Assembly: GCA_004431415.1 (NCBI GenBank)
Contig: QPMI01000411.1
Span: forward strand, 124,001-188,000
Direction of reading: 5' to 3'
Source of the DNA: Cyanophora paradoxa CCMP329
Taxonomy: Eukaryota; Plantae; Glaucophyta
Length of the DNA: 64,000 nucleotides
Shown: piece by piece, positions 62,401 through 64,000 of the stretch
Numbering within the stretch: position 1 is the stretch's first letter
How the letters are laid out: each line of letters opens with the position of its first letter
Notes under the pieces: generated by a model
The model's database searches: none
Told to the model about the DNA's origin: nothing
The model's input: only the letters and a program-made list of their open reading frames with translations
Position numbers and translations under genes: made by a program

Positions 62401-64000
62401 ATTGCACGCTCACGCCAAGGCGGCTGAGAGAGCCTGTGTGGGTGGACGCCGCCAGCATTGGATTCAACGGCGACGTGGCGCTTGCTCCAATTGCGGGCAC
62501 ACTCACCCCGGCAACTGGTCCAGTGCAGTCGCTGTCGTTCCAAATGACCGGCCAGTCACCTGCAGGGAGCCTCTTGACGGGCCCTTCGGTTGCCATGGTC
62601 TTTTCGAACGGAGTTTCAATTGCGAACGCAAGTGCTATCGTCTACACCTCTCCTGACGACACAAGCAACGCGGTGCGCATGTGGTAATACAACTCTCAAT
62701 CCCTTAAGACTCTGAAGAGCACCATCGCAACCAGGTCTGTCCCGACCGCGTGTGGGCGGGAGCATCTGTGGTTTGCACTTTCTTCGCTCGGAAAGTATGT
62801 CCCATTGAGAGTTGTTTGAGGTTGCCCAGTTTAATCTTTGACTTCAGACATCGACCGTCATCTGGGCGAACCTAGGAGACATCTATACTACCGGACTCGC
62901 GAGTGTGAAGGGCGCGTCGCTGATGTCGGGCTATGCCGTCGACGGCCGTTTTGAGATCTACACAACCTCGAATCCCTCCCACGACTACTCGGGCCCTGGC
63001 CGCGTCGAACTGTTGTCCTCCTCGAATGTCTTACTCGCTTCCGGCTCAACAACAGTTCTTGGTGAGCCTGCGAGTGGCTCGCGATCATAGTGCACGCGGC
63101 TCTTGCTGACGAAATCGGCGTGCACTGCGGCAGACACGCCGTCGTTTGATGAGTCATCCTTGGCATGCCCGCCAGCGACGTTTAGTGCGCTTTCCCCCTT
63201 TAATTGCACGTACTTTCCCAAGCGAGTCGGCTTCACCATCTACGGCGTACCGGAGAACGTTTCCCTCAACGCGACAAACGCCGAAGTCACCATGGTCGAT
63301 GCTTCGGGCACGTTTGGACCGCGCTTCGTTCTCACGGTGGTGGCGGGCGCGGACCCCGTCATCGGCGGAATGAGCGCCATCAAAATTTTTGCGTGGCTGG
63401 CGGGGAACGACGAGCCGCTCGCGGAGGTGACCACATCCATCTCGTATGTGGCGGACGCGAGCAGCAGCCTGGAGTGCTCAACAGAGCAGGTGGCACTCAA
63501 CGCGATGGTCGATTGCACTCTCACGCCGCGGCGGCTGGGGGAACTTGTGTGGGCGCTGCCATCGACCATCGGATTTACGGGCGACGGCGCATTGGCCCCG
63601 GTCGCGGGCTCGCTGCGACCAGCAGCCGGACCATCGCAAATGATTGTGTTCCAGCTGATCGGGCAGTCCGGGCGTCTTCGGACGGGAGGCTCGACCGCGA
63701 TGGCGCTCTCAAACGGAACATCAATTGCGAACGCGACGGCACTCGTCTTCGGCTCCCCAGATTCTTCAAGCTCAATTGTGCGCATGCGCGGCTTTTTTTC
63801 GGGTTTAATACACGTCGATTTGCCGCAGTGCGCTTACCAGAGCCCGCGGCTCACCGCAGACATGCGACAATCCGATTGCAATGTGGGCGGGATCTGTCTC
63901 AAATTGCGTCTTCGTCCCGAAGCTGGTGCGGTGGCAGAGCTTAGGCCTGCTGATTCAGATTCAATTCACGAATTTACTTTTGATCAGGGCAATACCCCAA
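56060..64000 (+). CDS. Giant secreted/surface protein: signal peptide + LamG/pentraxin-like jelly-roll + Cys-paired Ig/invasin-like repeats (3' end beyond window)
   Basis: Signal VFPLCVGAVLLLCLVCNCE; LamG motifs LTIEMW, WVHVAVT..IYVDG, FTGTIDEVRVWSRVL, LVLYY-SFD; EGF-like GCECKMGW; repeated PDxTS..C....C modules. GC is lower than in neighbouring genes, and the middle exon structure is uncertain. Confidence 0.75.
56379..56416. repeat. (TA)n microsatellite in an intron
   Basis: Directly visible dinucleotide run. Confidence 0.9.
59548..59654. repeat. Intronic minisatellites: 20-bp x2 and 19-bp x3
   Basis: attttcgg(c/t)tgc(a/g)cgtcttc x2, followed by tagcactcgagcttctctc x3. Confidence 0.9.

Noticed and set aside
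1-64000. Prokaryotic origin (suggested by the response regulator, zinc protease, methyltransferase and pentapeptide repeats)
   Set aside because: All of these genes are interrupted by spliceosomal introns and are interspersed with eukaryote-specific genes (Ariadne, CHCHD2-like, TKL kinase).

Overview
This is eukaryotic nuclear DNA from a very GC-rich, gene-dense, probably flagellated protist or alga. The intron style resembles the glaucophyte Cyanophora, which is an inference only. Genes are split by many short introns (about 55-100 nt), with frequent GC-AG junctions, micro-exons and CTGAC-like branch points, so most long ORFs in the supplied track are antisense or out-of-frame artefacts. By manual exon stitching I find about 16 genes: an unknown minus-strand protein, a prodomain-less metacaspase, an LRRC74-like LRR protein, a secreted/TM protein, a stand-alone response-regulator receiver, DNAJC25-like, a membrane-anchored SAM methyltransferase, an Ariadne RBR E3 ligase, an atypical dynein-type thioredoxin, CHCHD2/10-like, a small unknown protein, a NACHT-pentapeptide-WD40 NLR-like protein, a coiled-coil unknown, a bacterial-type Met-zincin protease, an ankyrin-repeat TKL kinase and a giant LamG/Ig-like surface protein running off the end. 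Most are arranged as tight head-to-head pairs. Three features stand out. (i) A ~1.6-kb mosaic insert carries an orphan RecQ exon and orphan BRCT exons and appears to split the acylated N-terminus of the NLR-like gene. (ii) The NLR-like gene itself is unusual. (iii) Intergenic DNA is saturated with short palindromes, including a ~1.2-kb palindrome-built element at 54 kb. I saw no rRNA, tRNA, CRISPR array or transposase. All exon boundaries are manual and approximate.
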